IMG/VR virus record: IMGVR_UViG_3300024259_001623
DNA length: 64,000 nucleotides
Source of the DNA: a virus
Taxonomy: Duplodnaviria; Caudoviricetes
Direction: 5' to 3' (one strand)
The stretch's first letter is position 1, and every line of letters starts with the position of its first letter. The position numbers were made by a program, and so were the translations under genes. Positions 26,507 through 35,041 of the stretch are shown here, piece by piece. The notes under the pieces were generated by a model. It saw only the letters and a list, made by a program, of their open reading frames with translations, did not search any database and had not been told where the DNA came from.

Positions 26507-27379
26507 TTAGGAAGTTGCAGAACTAACGTTGATTCTAGAAACGGCGTAATCGTTGATAACAACGATTCCGACCTCTTCGTAGATAACCCAGCCAAGACGC
26601 AATTTCTTAGGATCATCAGCAGGAAGAACGGTAATATCCTGTCTAATTGGGAACGCGCCAACGGTGTCAGGACTCGCAACAACAAGAACGACGGTGTTAG
26701 GCATTCTCGAAGAAACGTGAATGTCGGCGGTATACAAGTGACCGTAAAGACCAGTTGTAATAATTTCTCTCTGAGTTGCCTCATCATAGAAAGTTTTGCC
26801 GAAGTTTCTTACGCTTGCAAACTGGGTTGCATGCATAACGATCTTAGTAGCGACAAGATCATGCTCTTCGATGAAACGGAAAGCGGTATTCAACGATGCA
26901 ACCGAAAGGGTTCCAAAGTTGTCAACAACATTACCGGAAGTAGTAGCAGCAGCCAACAGTGCGTTGAAAATGTTGGTGTCCTCTTCCTTCTGGATAGCTT
27001 CCTTGGCCTTGATTTGGGCGCGGTCTACGATGTAGAATCTACGAGCCTTAATCTCGGACAATCTTACGGTAGGATGGGCAGCGATTTCGAACGTAGGAAC
27101 CAAAATCTCTTCACCTTCCTGAATCTGATCTGGAACTGCGCCTCTACGAGAGATAACGTGAGCAATGCTCGCAACATCTCTTTCGTAACGTGCCAAAGCA
27201 CCTTGAGGAAGTTCGTCAACCATTAAAAGCTTACGACCTACAGCTTGATATTCCAACGAACGTCTAATTGGTTCTACCATAGCCTGTGCCAACGCTACTC
27301 TACCCTCATCAGTCTCAAGGGCCTGGGCGATGACCTCTTCTTTCTGTCTATCAGACAAACTATTTTTTGCAAAAGCCAT
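26507..27379 (-). CDS. Major capsid protein (HK97 fold, putative)
   Basis: Last gene after protease/scaffold and decoration genes; AAGGAG RBS; higher GC and biased codon use; strong terminator; GRVALAQAM...VPTFEI...EAIQKEED...WVIYEEVG pattern. Confidence 0.85.
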   Translation of the reverse strand: MAFAKNSLSDRQKEEVIAQALETDEGRVALAQAMVEPIRRSLEYQAVGRKLLMVDELPQGALARYERDVASIAHVISRRGAVPDQIQEGEEILVPTFEIAAHPTVRLSEIKARRFYIVDRAQIKAKEAIQKEEDTNIFNALLAAATTSGNVVDNFGTLSVASLNTAFRFIEEHDLVATKIVMHATQFASVRNFGKTFYDEATQREIITTGLYGHLYTADIHVSSRMPNTVVLVVASPDTVGAFPIRQDITVLPADDPKKLRLGWVIYEEVGIVVINDYAVSRINVSSATS

Positions 27380-27459
27380 TTTAAACTCCTTTTATTTACT
27401 ATTTTCAGGTATTCGATTGATTACAAATCCTAAAACGATAGTTTATTAAATTTTTTAAA

Positions 27460-28005
27460 TTAGATCAATAGAATGAATTCTACGAATTCACCTAAAGTAG
27501 TAGAACCATCAACAGTGATACCGGGAACGCCAGAAGGATAGTCAGCAACCGCAGCCGCTACTCTACCGATCAACTGGTCAGTACCTGGAGTACCATTGGT
27601 AGTCAACAAAGCATTGGCCGAACTATAAAGTGCAGCACCTGGATTCGCTGTAGAAACAAGATCTTCAAACTGATCGGTTGCGAAACGTCCGCCGCCATTA
27701 TAAACAGTCATCTTACCAGAAGCCAAAGTCTCGTTGAAGAAGTCAGATACTCTATTAGAGGTCTGTCTTGTAGCACCAGCAGAGTTAACGATCAAAGATG
27801 CAGAGTAAGGCGTACCAGCAGTATCATTACTCTGAGTGTCACCTGCGATGCCGATAGCATCGTTATTGTTACTGGCGTCAGGTCTTGCGTATCCAGCAGT
27901 TGTCAATCTGACAATCTGGCCTTCAATAAGATCTGGAGTACCAGCCCAATCAGGATCAACAGGATACATATCCGCAACAACATGTTGAATTTCGATTAAA
28001 GCCAT
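27460..28005 (-). CDS. Capsid decoration/cement-like protein
   Basis: Small Gly/Ala/Thr-rich beta protein between scaffold and MCP (GQIV...AIGIAGD...GKMTVY...TDQF...LYSSANALLT). Confidence 0.65.
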   Translation of the reverse strand: MALIEIQHVVADMYPVDPDWAGTPDLIEGQIVRLTTAGYARPDASNNNDAIGIAGDTQSNDTAGTPYSASLIVNSAGATRQTSNRVSDFFNETLASGKMTVYNGGGRFATDQFEDLVSTANPGAALYSSANALLTTNGTPGTDQLIGRVAAAVADYPSGVPGITVDGSTTLGEFVEFILLI

Positions 28006-28033
28006 TTTATAAATCTCCTAATTTTTCAATTCA

Positions 28034-31000
28034 TTATATACGATTATAAACTTTTTTATAATCTGAGTCTATGTCGTGAGCAGCTTGATTCTGTTGGTCG
28101 AGACTGAATAAACTTTTCAACTGAGTTGCAAGTTCTCCAGAAGCAGTCCTTTGATTGCTTTTTTCTCCAATAACAACGGGATTACTCTCTAGCCCGCCAG
28201 CTTCTCCGTCGAGTCCTTTTTTAGAAAAGATGCCTTTTTCAAAATCTGCAAGTTGCTCCATTTGGTATCTTGCCAACTCAGCGATTTTCTCTGCCAAGCC
28301 TTCTGGTTTGATACGGTTATCTTGCAACATACGACCGGCAATTCTTGTAGCTTCAGCATAAACTTTTCTATTATCGGACTCCGCTGTAGTAGAAGCGATG
28401 CCTATATCTTTATTTTCTTTTTCAGATTCCTGTCCTTCGCCCTTTGGTAACGTATCGCCACCGGCTGGGAAAGAAGGATGATCTTTAGGGGAATCTGGTT
28501 TACTCTTAAAAGTCTCTTTCTCTTTACCAATAAATCCGCCGTCACTCTTAACATCCTTATCCTTTACTTCATCAGCATCGAACTTATCTTCGTCGCCCAT
28601 AGTCTTATTGTCTTGTATGGGTTGGATATCAGGATCTTTAGAATCAGGTTCTTTAGGAGCTAACTTTTTCTCATTAGCAGACTTCAAAATGTTATCAGCT
28701 AATGCAGAAATTCTTTCTCTAGTAGATGCAGCCTTAGAAGTACCGGCTCCTTGTTCGCCGCCAGTATTTCTTACATCTCCGCCCTCTAACTCTTCTTCGC
28801 CCATTGGAGAACTTCCTGCTGGAACTTTAACCTCTTCAGTATCAATCTTTGTCTCTTCCGAGATAAGAGCTTGATCACCAGTATGAGGAACAGAAGGCTT
28901 TCCTTCTGTCAAAGCATTCTCATTATCCATTGGAGTTCCGTCTTTATATTTTCCGATATCAGGAGAATCTTGAGCATTCTGCTGCTGCAAAGATTTCTCT
29001 CCAGCTTCGGCTTTCTTATTTACAACAGATAAGACGTTAGACAAGTCTAATCCGATATGTCCAGTTCTACCGATATAACCATGTTTCATGGTGTTGGCCT
29101 CTTTCTCAATATTTTCTTGATTGTTTGCCATTGTCATTTCAGAATCTTCCATATCCATTTCTTCTTCGTCGCCCTCTTTTTCTACCATCTCGTCTGTCTC
29201 TTCAGGATTCATAACTCCTGCGTTATCATTCATATACTCATCTTCTTCTGGGACTCCTTCTTTATTTCCCATTTTTTCTTCAATTACTTCTTCTACTATG
29301 TCTTCAACCCTATCCATAATCTCTTCAACTATTTCTGCTTCAGGACTTTCTACAACATCTTCTACATCTTCTACGTCTTCTACAACATCCTCTACGTCTT
29401 CTTCAATACCTTCTACGCCTTCTCCAATATCTTCTACAACATCTACTACTTCTTCTTCGCCTTCCATATATTGCATATCAGAAGATTCTTCTCCTTCCAT
29501 ATCTTTAACTTCTTCAGTTCCTAAATTCTCTCCCAAAGCCTTATCAACAACTTCATCTACTACTTCTGAAGCATCTTCAGGAGTATCGATGTCTACTTCG
29601 ACTTCGGTAACTTCTTCTGGAACTTCTTCTACGACTTCGCCTTCACCTTGAGCCTCATCAATAGCTTGCTCAAGTTGCTCTAAAACTTCCGAAGGTAATT
29701 CAATAGTTATAGTAGCATCTGTATCTTCGCCAAAAGGCTCGATATCTACAATGCTGATGCCGTCAGGACCGCCAGGACCGTCTGGTCCTTCTGGACCGTC
29801 ATCTTCGACATCCAACTCGTCAACAATGACATCATCCAACTGTGCATATTTTGTTTTCAATGCATCGCAGATGACGCATGACTGTTTGTATTCAAATCCC
29901 AATCTGATATAATCTTCGATACATTCGCTAGCAGCTTCTTTCTCTACCCAAATTCCAGCGACCTTAACGGCCAAATTGCTAGAGTAAACGCCAGCATTCT
30001 TCAAAGACTTGCAAACGCAATCTGCCAAAGCTTTCCCTTCGCAAGGACCGCTTAAAGCAACTGCATTTTCGCCATATCTATTAGCCAACTTTTGCATGCA
30101 ACTTTCAACTGGGAACTGACTACCATCAACAGAAGCAAACTTAGTCTTATATTCATCAACTACGGATGTCTTTGTGCTTGCAGTCTTAATCTTATCTATA
30201 AGTCCCTTTCCGCTCATAGCCAAGATAACGTTACCCTTTTCTTTCATATCTAATGTATCAAAGCCCTTTTCGTCCAAACCAACTGTAGTTAAGGCTTTAA
30301 TGAATCTTGCTTTACTTCTTGAGCAAGAATCGCATTCCATATCAGTATTAGTTTTCCAACTCCATTGAGCGTATATATTCTTAGGATTCTTTGTACTAGC
30401 AGCATACTTAACTTCATACGCAATTCCAGAATCCATACACATAAACTTATTTGTATCTAATTGCATAACGTTTGTAGAACCAGTTACAGGGCTGACTTCG
30501 CCTAACTTAACTCCAGCTTCAGAAGCGATCTTCAAAGCTTCAGGAGTCAATTTTGTAGTCATAGCGAACTTACCAACTTTCATAACGGATGCTACTTTTT
30601 CCATTTTACTATCAGACTTGGCTGCTGCTGCCATCTCGCCCTCGCCTTCTGGAAGTGCAAAGCCTTCGCCTTCCAATTCTGCTCCAGCGGCTTCAGTCTC
30701 ATCTTCGCCAGCGAACTCGTCCTGGTCAATACCATCGTCCTTGTCGCCAGAAACGCCTTGCCATTTAGTTACTTTAATATCGATTTCATAAGAAAACTCC
30801 GATCCGCAGTTATTGCATTTTCCTTGTCCTTTGATGATATCAACATCTTCGCTTGTGCAAACTGGGCAAGTGGAGCCAGGAGGCTTAGGCTGTAAATCTT
30901 CGCCATCATCTCCCATTCCTTCTGCCATATCAGTCTCTTCAAATGTCTCTAATGGAGCTTCGCCCATATTTCCAGGAGCGGCTGGCATTGTAGCCCCAGC

Positions 31001-33844
31001 ACCGGCTCCTGCTCCCCCATCAGCGCCGCCAGCGGCTTCGCCGCCCATTCCTGGACCGCCTTGACCACCGAACATTTGAGCAGTCTTTACTAAATCATCT
31101 CTAGAAGCCATTCTCATATCTTTTTCATCATCATCAAGTTCGAATGGATCATAGAGCAATTCTTCGTGCTTTTTACCCTTTTCTATCTCTGCCAACTCTT
31201 CTGGGGTAGGCTCAATATATTCCATTTCCTCAGTCGCAGGCGGATCAAGCTTCTCTTTTCCAAAACTCTTTGGGTCATACAAAGCTGTCTGTGCAACTTT
31301 AACAGCAGCTTTTTCTTTTGCAGTCAAAGTCTTAACGTCCTTGACTGTAGCAACTACAAAACCTTTTTCCTCATCAATATCAATACTTAACAATGCAGTT
31401 TCGATCCCTGCATCATCAATTTCCTTATCAGCAAGTTTCTTTAAGGCTGCGATAAATTTTGCTTGATCTTCTTTACTAGCAGAAATTTCTTTCAAATCGG
31501 CATAAACTTGATAAACGCCGTCTTCTGGTCTATCCAACTCAGTAATAGCATTTTCGTATTCCGCAGTCTTATCCAAAACATCAACTGTATTCTTAGAAGC
31601 CATTTTTTCTTTTGCCATATTCTCGGCAATCTTCATACCCTTCTTGCTTCCAGCGATAACCTTAATAGCTTCTAAAACATCATCAGCCTTGTATCCTTGA
31701 ATATGAGCAGAAGCACATACAAGTAAGGAATCGACAGCAGATGGAGTTCTAACGCCGGAAGAAGCGATCTTAGAGAAGTAATCATACTTTTCTCTTTCAG
31801 ACTGTCTCTCGCCAGCCTTATGAGGAAGTGCATTGATCAATGTGACATAAGCAGCCTTATCTAAGGTCTTTACATTTTGATTAATGTAACTAGAAGCCTT
31901 TAAAACATCAACAGGAGTCTTACCGTAGTAAGCAATAGTATCAGCGATGGTTGCCATAGCAGACTTTACGATATCCTTAGATTCGCTAGAAGCCCATCTC
32001 TCAGCAACAGGTGCAGTACCTCCAGCTATCTGCTTTTCAGTAATAACTTCAGGAGTAGGATAAGTGTGATGAGAAACAAAATCATTAAGTTGCTTCTCAG
32101 TTATGATATTAGTCTGATCTTTGCTTAACAAGGAACCAACTAATCTACTAGTCTCATTCCATTGTTTTTCAGTAATAACTTCTGGGAAGTCTCCCCATCT
32201 AGTTACATAATCACTACCAATACTGTCTAACTGCTTTTCAGTTATAACTTCGTAAGAACCCAATCTTGCTTGTGGGCTTTCACTAGTTGTAACATTAGGA
32301 TCTTTATCAGCAGTAGGATTGTCTAACTGTTTTTCAGTTATAGTAGTAGGAGCTTTGTCCCAACGCTCGCCAGTGAATTCAGCCTCATCCAACTGTTTCT
32401 CTGTAATAACAGAAATATCATGTTCTGCTACTTTTTCAACTTTATCCTGGCCTTCACCTTTGTTCATTGCCATTATATCAGACTCCTTATTATTTAACTC
32501 TTTTTCATTATAAACATTATCGGTAGAATCATGTAATCTATCAGACAACGCTACTAGCCTTTCCTTCAAATTACCAACAGCTACCAAAAATTCCTTCTTT
32601 TTTCTGTTGTTATTTTCTAACTTTTTATTAGATGAAGTCTTAGGAACAGTAACGGAACCTATATCTCCATCCATGCTAACCTCTTCAGAACCGACCGGGC
32701 TAACAGGTTTTTGTATATTTTGAGGCTGAATATCAACTGGCTGCATTGGTTGCTCAGGAGCAACATCAGCAGTAATAGGACTTTCCCCGATATCTGGAGA
32801 TGGTAATTGAGCATATCCCATTTCTAATAATTCATCTGATAAATCTTGCAAACTAGCCCATACATCTACTAAGCTACTCAAATATTCCATAGAAACATGT
32901 CTTTTCTGAGCCATAATGCTTTTTGAAACCTTTTCAATCTTATCCATAGCTTCATTTAAGTATTCTAACTCTTGCTTGCCAGCCACTTTAGACATCTTAT
33001 TTCCAGTAATAGAGCAAGAACCAGAATCGCATTCTTGTGATATCTTATTTACTTTATCTCTTAAACTAGCGACTTTCTTAGAAACCTCATTAACATTGAA
33101 GATATCTTGAACCAAGCAGGAATGACATGCTGGATTTACTACAAAGCTATCTTCAATAAAATTAATACCAAAGTTATGTTCATATATCTGAGCGTCTTTA
33201 TGTTCTAATTCGCCTGTTTTATTTCCATCTGTACTACAGATTGGGCATGGATCGTCTTTTGTTGCTGGATATTGGCATTTAACCTTACCGCTGAATTTTT
33301 TATTTTTTCTATGCTTTACGTGATCGCAATATTCATCTGCCGTTGCAGCTTTACAATGACAAATTGAGCAACAGGAATGAGAAACGCTGCAACCCATGCT
33401 ACTTGCATAGATATAGCCTTCTTCTATGCCTCTAGCCAATTTAGGATACGCAATTCTATCAACAGTGGATATGATATAAATACCGCCAGCCTTTTTGTCA
33501 TACCATGCATGAACGCATTTTCCACGAGCTTTCTCAATATCATCATTTTGATGATTGCAGAATATAGGAACTCCTATGAAAGTTTTTGCTGACTTTCTAA
33601 GTTCCTCTCCGCTAAACGAATCAGCATTATCATTAACTTCATTCTCTTTAATAGCAAATACTTTGACAAATAGATGCTCAGGATGCTCTTTAATAGCAGA
33701 TGCTATATTAAAACCACCCAAATCTGTTTGTTTGGTTTTATCAACAGATGCTACTTTAATGATCTTGTATTCGTTCCATTCTTCAGGAAAATTTAAAGCT
33801 TCAATAGAAATATGTTCTAAATTAGGTCTTTTTTCCAAGGACAT
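28034..33844 (-). CDS. Prohead maturation protease fused to a very long scaffold/core protein (1936 aa)
   Basis: N-terminal NDNADSF...FIGVPIFCNH (His)...SSMGC (Ser)...EDSFVVNPA assemblin/HK97-type protease; long acidic remainder; canonical position upstream of MCP. Confidence 0.8.
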   Translation of the reverse strand: MSLEKRPNLEHISIEALNFPEEWNEYKIIKVASVDKTKQTDLGGFNIASAIKEHPEHLFVKVFAIKENEVNDNADSFSGEELRKSAKTFIGVPIFCNHQNDDIEKARGKCVHAWYDKKAGGIYIISTVDRIAYPKLARGIEEGYIYASSMGCSVSHSCCSICHCKAATADEYCDHVKHRKNKKFSGKVKCQYPATKDDPCPICSTDGNKTGELEHKDAQIYEHNFGINFIEDSFVVNPACHSCLVQDIFNVNEVSKKVASLRDKVNKISQECDSGSCSITGNKMSKVAGKQELEYLNEAMDKIEKVSKSIMAQKRHVSMEYLSSLVDVWASLQDLSDELLEMGYAQLPSPDIGESPITADVAPEQPMQPVDIQPQNIQKPVSPVGSEEVSMDGDIGSVTVPKTSSNKKLENNNRKKKEFLVAVGNLKERLVALSDRLHDSTDNVYNEKELNNKESDIMAMNKGEGQDKVEKVAEHDISVITEKQLDEAEFTGERWDKAPTTITEKQLDNPTADKDPNVTTSESPQARLGSYEVITEKQLDSIGSDYVTRWGDFPEVITEKQWNETSRLVGSLLSKDQTNIITEKQLNDFVSHHTYPTPEVITEKQIAGGTAPVAERWASSESKDIVKSAMATIADTIAYYGKTPVDVLKASSYINQNVKTLDKAAYVTLINALPHKAGERQSEREKYDYFSKIASSGVRTPSAVDSLLVCASAHIQGYKADDVLEAIKVIAGSKKGMKIAENMAKEKMASKNTVDVLDKTAEYENAITELDRPEDGVYQVYADLKEISASKEDQAKFIAALKKLADKEIDDAGIETALLSIDIDEEKGFVVATVKDVKTLTAKEKAAVKVAQTALYDPKSFGKEKLDPPATEEMEYIEPTPEELAEIEKGKKHEELLYDPFELDDDEKDMRMASRDDLVKTAQMFGGQGGPGMGGEAAGGADGGAGAGAGATMPAAPGNMGEAPLETFEETDMAEGMGDDGEDLQPKPPGSTCPVCTSEDVDIIKGQGKCNNCGSEFSYEIDIKVTKWQGVSGDKDDGIDQDEFAGEDETEAAGAELEGEGFALPEGEGEMAAAAKSDSKMEKVASVMKVGKFAMTTKLTPEALKIASEAGVKLGEVSPVTGSTNVMQLDTNKFMCMDSGIAYEVKYAASTKNPKNIYAQWSWKTNTDMECDSCSRSKARFIKALTTVGLDEKGFDTLDMKEKGNVILAMSGKGLIDKIKTASTKTSVVDEYKTKFASVDGSQFPVESCMQKLANRYGENAVALSGPCEGKALADCVCKSLKNAGVYSSNLAVKVAGIWVEKEAASECIEDYIRLGFEYKQSCVICDALKTKYAQLDDVIVDELDVEDDGPEGPDGPGGPDGISIVDIEPFGEDTDATITIELPSEVLEQLEQAIDEAQGEGEVVEEVPEEVTEVEVDIDTPEDASEVVDEVVDKALGENLGTEEVKDMEGEESSDMQYMEGEEEVVDVVEDIGEGVEGIEEDVEDVVEDVEDVEDVVESPEAEIVEEIMDRVEDIVEEVIEEKMGNKEGVPEEDEYMNDNAGVMNPEETDEMVEKEGDEEEMDMEDSEMTMANNQENIEKEANTMKHGYIGRTGHIGLDLSNVLSVVNKKAEAGEKSLQQQNAQDSPDIGKYKDGTPMDNENALTEGKPSVPHTGDQALISEETKIDTEEVKVPAGSSPMGEEELEGGDVRNTGGEQGAGTSKAASTRERISALADNILKSANEKKLAPKEPDSKDPDIQPIQDNKTMGDEDKFDADEVKDKDVKSDGGFIGKEKETFKSKPDSPKDHPSFPAGGDTLPKGEGQESEKENKDIGIASTTAESDNRKVYAEATRIAGRMLQDNRIKPEGLAEKIAELARYQMEQLADFEKGIFSKKGLDGEAGGLESNPVVIGEKSNQRTASGELATQLKSLFSLDQQNQAAHDIDSDYKKVYNRI
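32027..32410 (-). repeat. Six in-frame (V/T/I)ITEKQ(L/W/I) peptide repeats
   Basis: VITEKQL, TITEKQL, VITEKQL, VITEKQW, IITEKQL, VITEKQI separated by unrelated linkers. Confidence 0.9.
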
Positions 33845-33909
33845 AATCGTTTCCTTTTATTATTCTGTCTATTTACTTTTTATTTTATAATAAATTAAAA
33901 AATCCTTTA

Positions 33910-34554
33910 TTATAAACCAGTAACAAACAAGTTCTCTATATCTCCAGCAGTCGTTTTTATTTTTTCTAGTATTTCATCAGGCAACGTACAAACATTTTTA
34001 TCTTGCTTACAACATCCAAATTTACCATGAGCATCAATATTATATTGTACGCCTAAATACCCTGTCAATCTACCATCGGATACTATTCTATATTTCAAAA
34101 ATAAATGTACTCCTGCTCTTTTCATATGATGTTTCAAAAAACCATCAAATAGATCTTCAACTTTACCACAAACAACTTCATCAGCCTGCCAAGACTTTTT
34201 CAATAACGACATAACATCTGGTACTAATGTAACAGGAACATTTTGATAATTTATAAACTCATGAGAAACACTTCTTTCACAGCTTTCATGAGTTCTAGAA
34301 ATTTTCTTAATAGCTCCTCCATCAAAATATTCTCCACCATTATGAAACTTGGCGATATATACTCTTTGAGCGCCAAGTTCAACTCTTAGTTCAGTGATAG
34401 ATTCCTGAATCCTAAGATCGGTGTCAAAAGTTTTTAATGGGTTGATTTTTCCATTTTTTTTCTTTTTATTAGCCTTAACTTTTGATACTATTGCTATCAC
34501 GACTCCAACAACAAAAGCTCCGGCTCCTACGCAGTATGTAATTAATGTTTCCAA
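33910..34554 (-). CDS. Single-TM protein with GAF-like domain (possible holin-like)
   Basis: N-terminal TM then AQRVYIAKFHNGG...LTGYLGVQY. Confidence 0.45.
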   Translation of the reverse strand: METLITYCVGAGAFVVGVVIAIVSKVKANKKKKNGKINPLKTFDTDLRIQESITELRVELGAQRVYIAKFHNGGEYFDGGAIKKISRTHESCERSVSHEFINYQNVPVTLVPDVMSLLKKSWQADEVVCGKVEDLFDGFLKHHMKRAGVHLFLKYRIVSDGRLTGYLGVQYNIDAHGKFGCCKQDKNVCTLPDEILEKIKTTAGDIENLFVTGL

Positions 34555-34597
34555 ACCATGCTCTCTTATTAAATATAACTATAACTAATTATTATAT

Positions 34598-35041
34598 TTA
34601 TGCTTTCATTTTTCTAGGAATCTTGACATTCTCTAAATCAGCAGTAGAGTAATTCGTCTGATTCTTAGGAAAAGGAATTCCCCACATCTTACTAGCATGG
34701 CTCAATGCTGACATTATACTTGTAAAATATTTTCCGCTAGGGGCATAAACTTTTTTCCTTTCATGCTTGGGAGGTAGCTTTTTTATTCCAGCGAAAAACG
34801 ATTTTCTTCCATACTTCTGTTGAGCAGGTCCAACAACGATAAAATAGTCACTATCGGTTGTGTAATCATGACCTTCCCATCTTAGATATGCTCCTTCACC
34901 GATATTTTTATCAAATCTTTTCTTCAAAGGTGCAGATCTATCGTGGTACTTTTCTTCCCACTTGATCCCCCTATCACGGATTCTTTTTCTCTTTTTACTT
35001 GGAGCGACATAAGATAATTTGAAAACATCAAAATATTTCAT
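34598..35041 (-). CDS. Basic hypothetical protein
   Basis: 147-aa Lys/Arg-rich ORF overlapping the portal stop; starts MKYFDVFKLS. Confidence 0.7.
   Translation of the reverse strand: MKYFDVFKLSYVAPSKKRKRIRDRGIKWEEKYHDRSAPLKKRFDKNIGEGAYLRWEGHDYTTDSDYFIVVGPAQQKYGRKSFFAGIKKLPPKHERKKVYAPSGKYFTSIMSALSHASKMWGIPFPKNQTNYSTADLENVKIPRKMKA

Noticed and set aside
26437-27433. Overlapping plus-strand ORFs (116, 169, 79 and 62 aa) over the capsid gene
   Set aside because: Antisense shadows of a codon-biased gene; no RBS or recognisable motifs.
32027-32410. Spaced DNA repeats resembling CRISPR repeat-spacer units
   Set aside because: Conservation is at the peptide level with synonymous variation, inside the scaffold ORF.
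28155-33890. Many plus-strand Ser/Phe-rich ORFs
   Set aside because: Shadows of the acidic scaffold (GAA/GAT codons read as Ser/Phe/Ile on the opposite strand).
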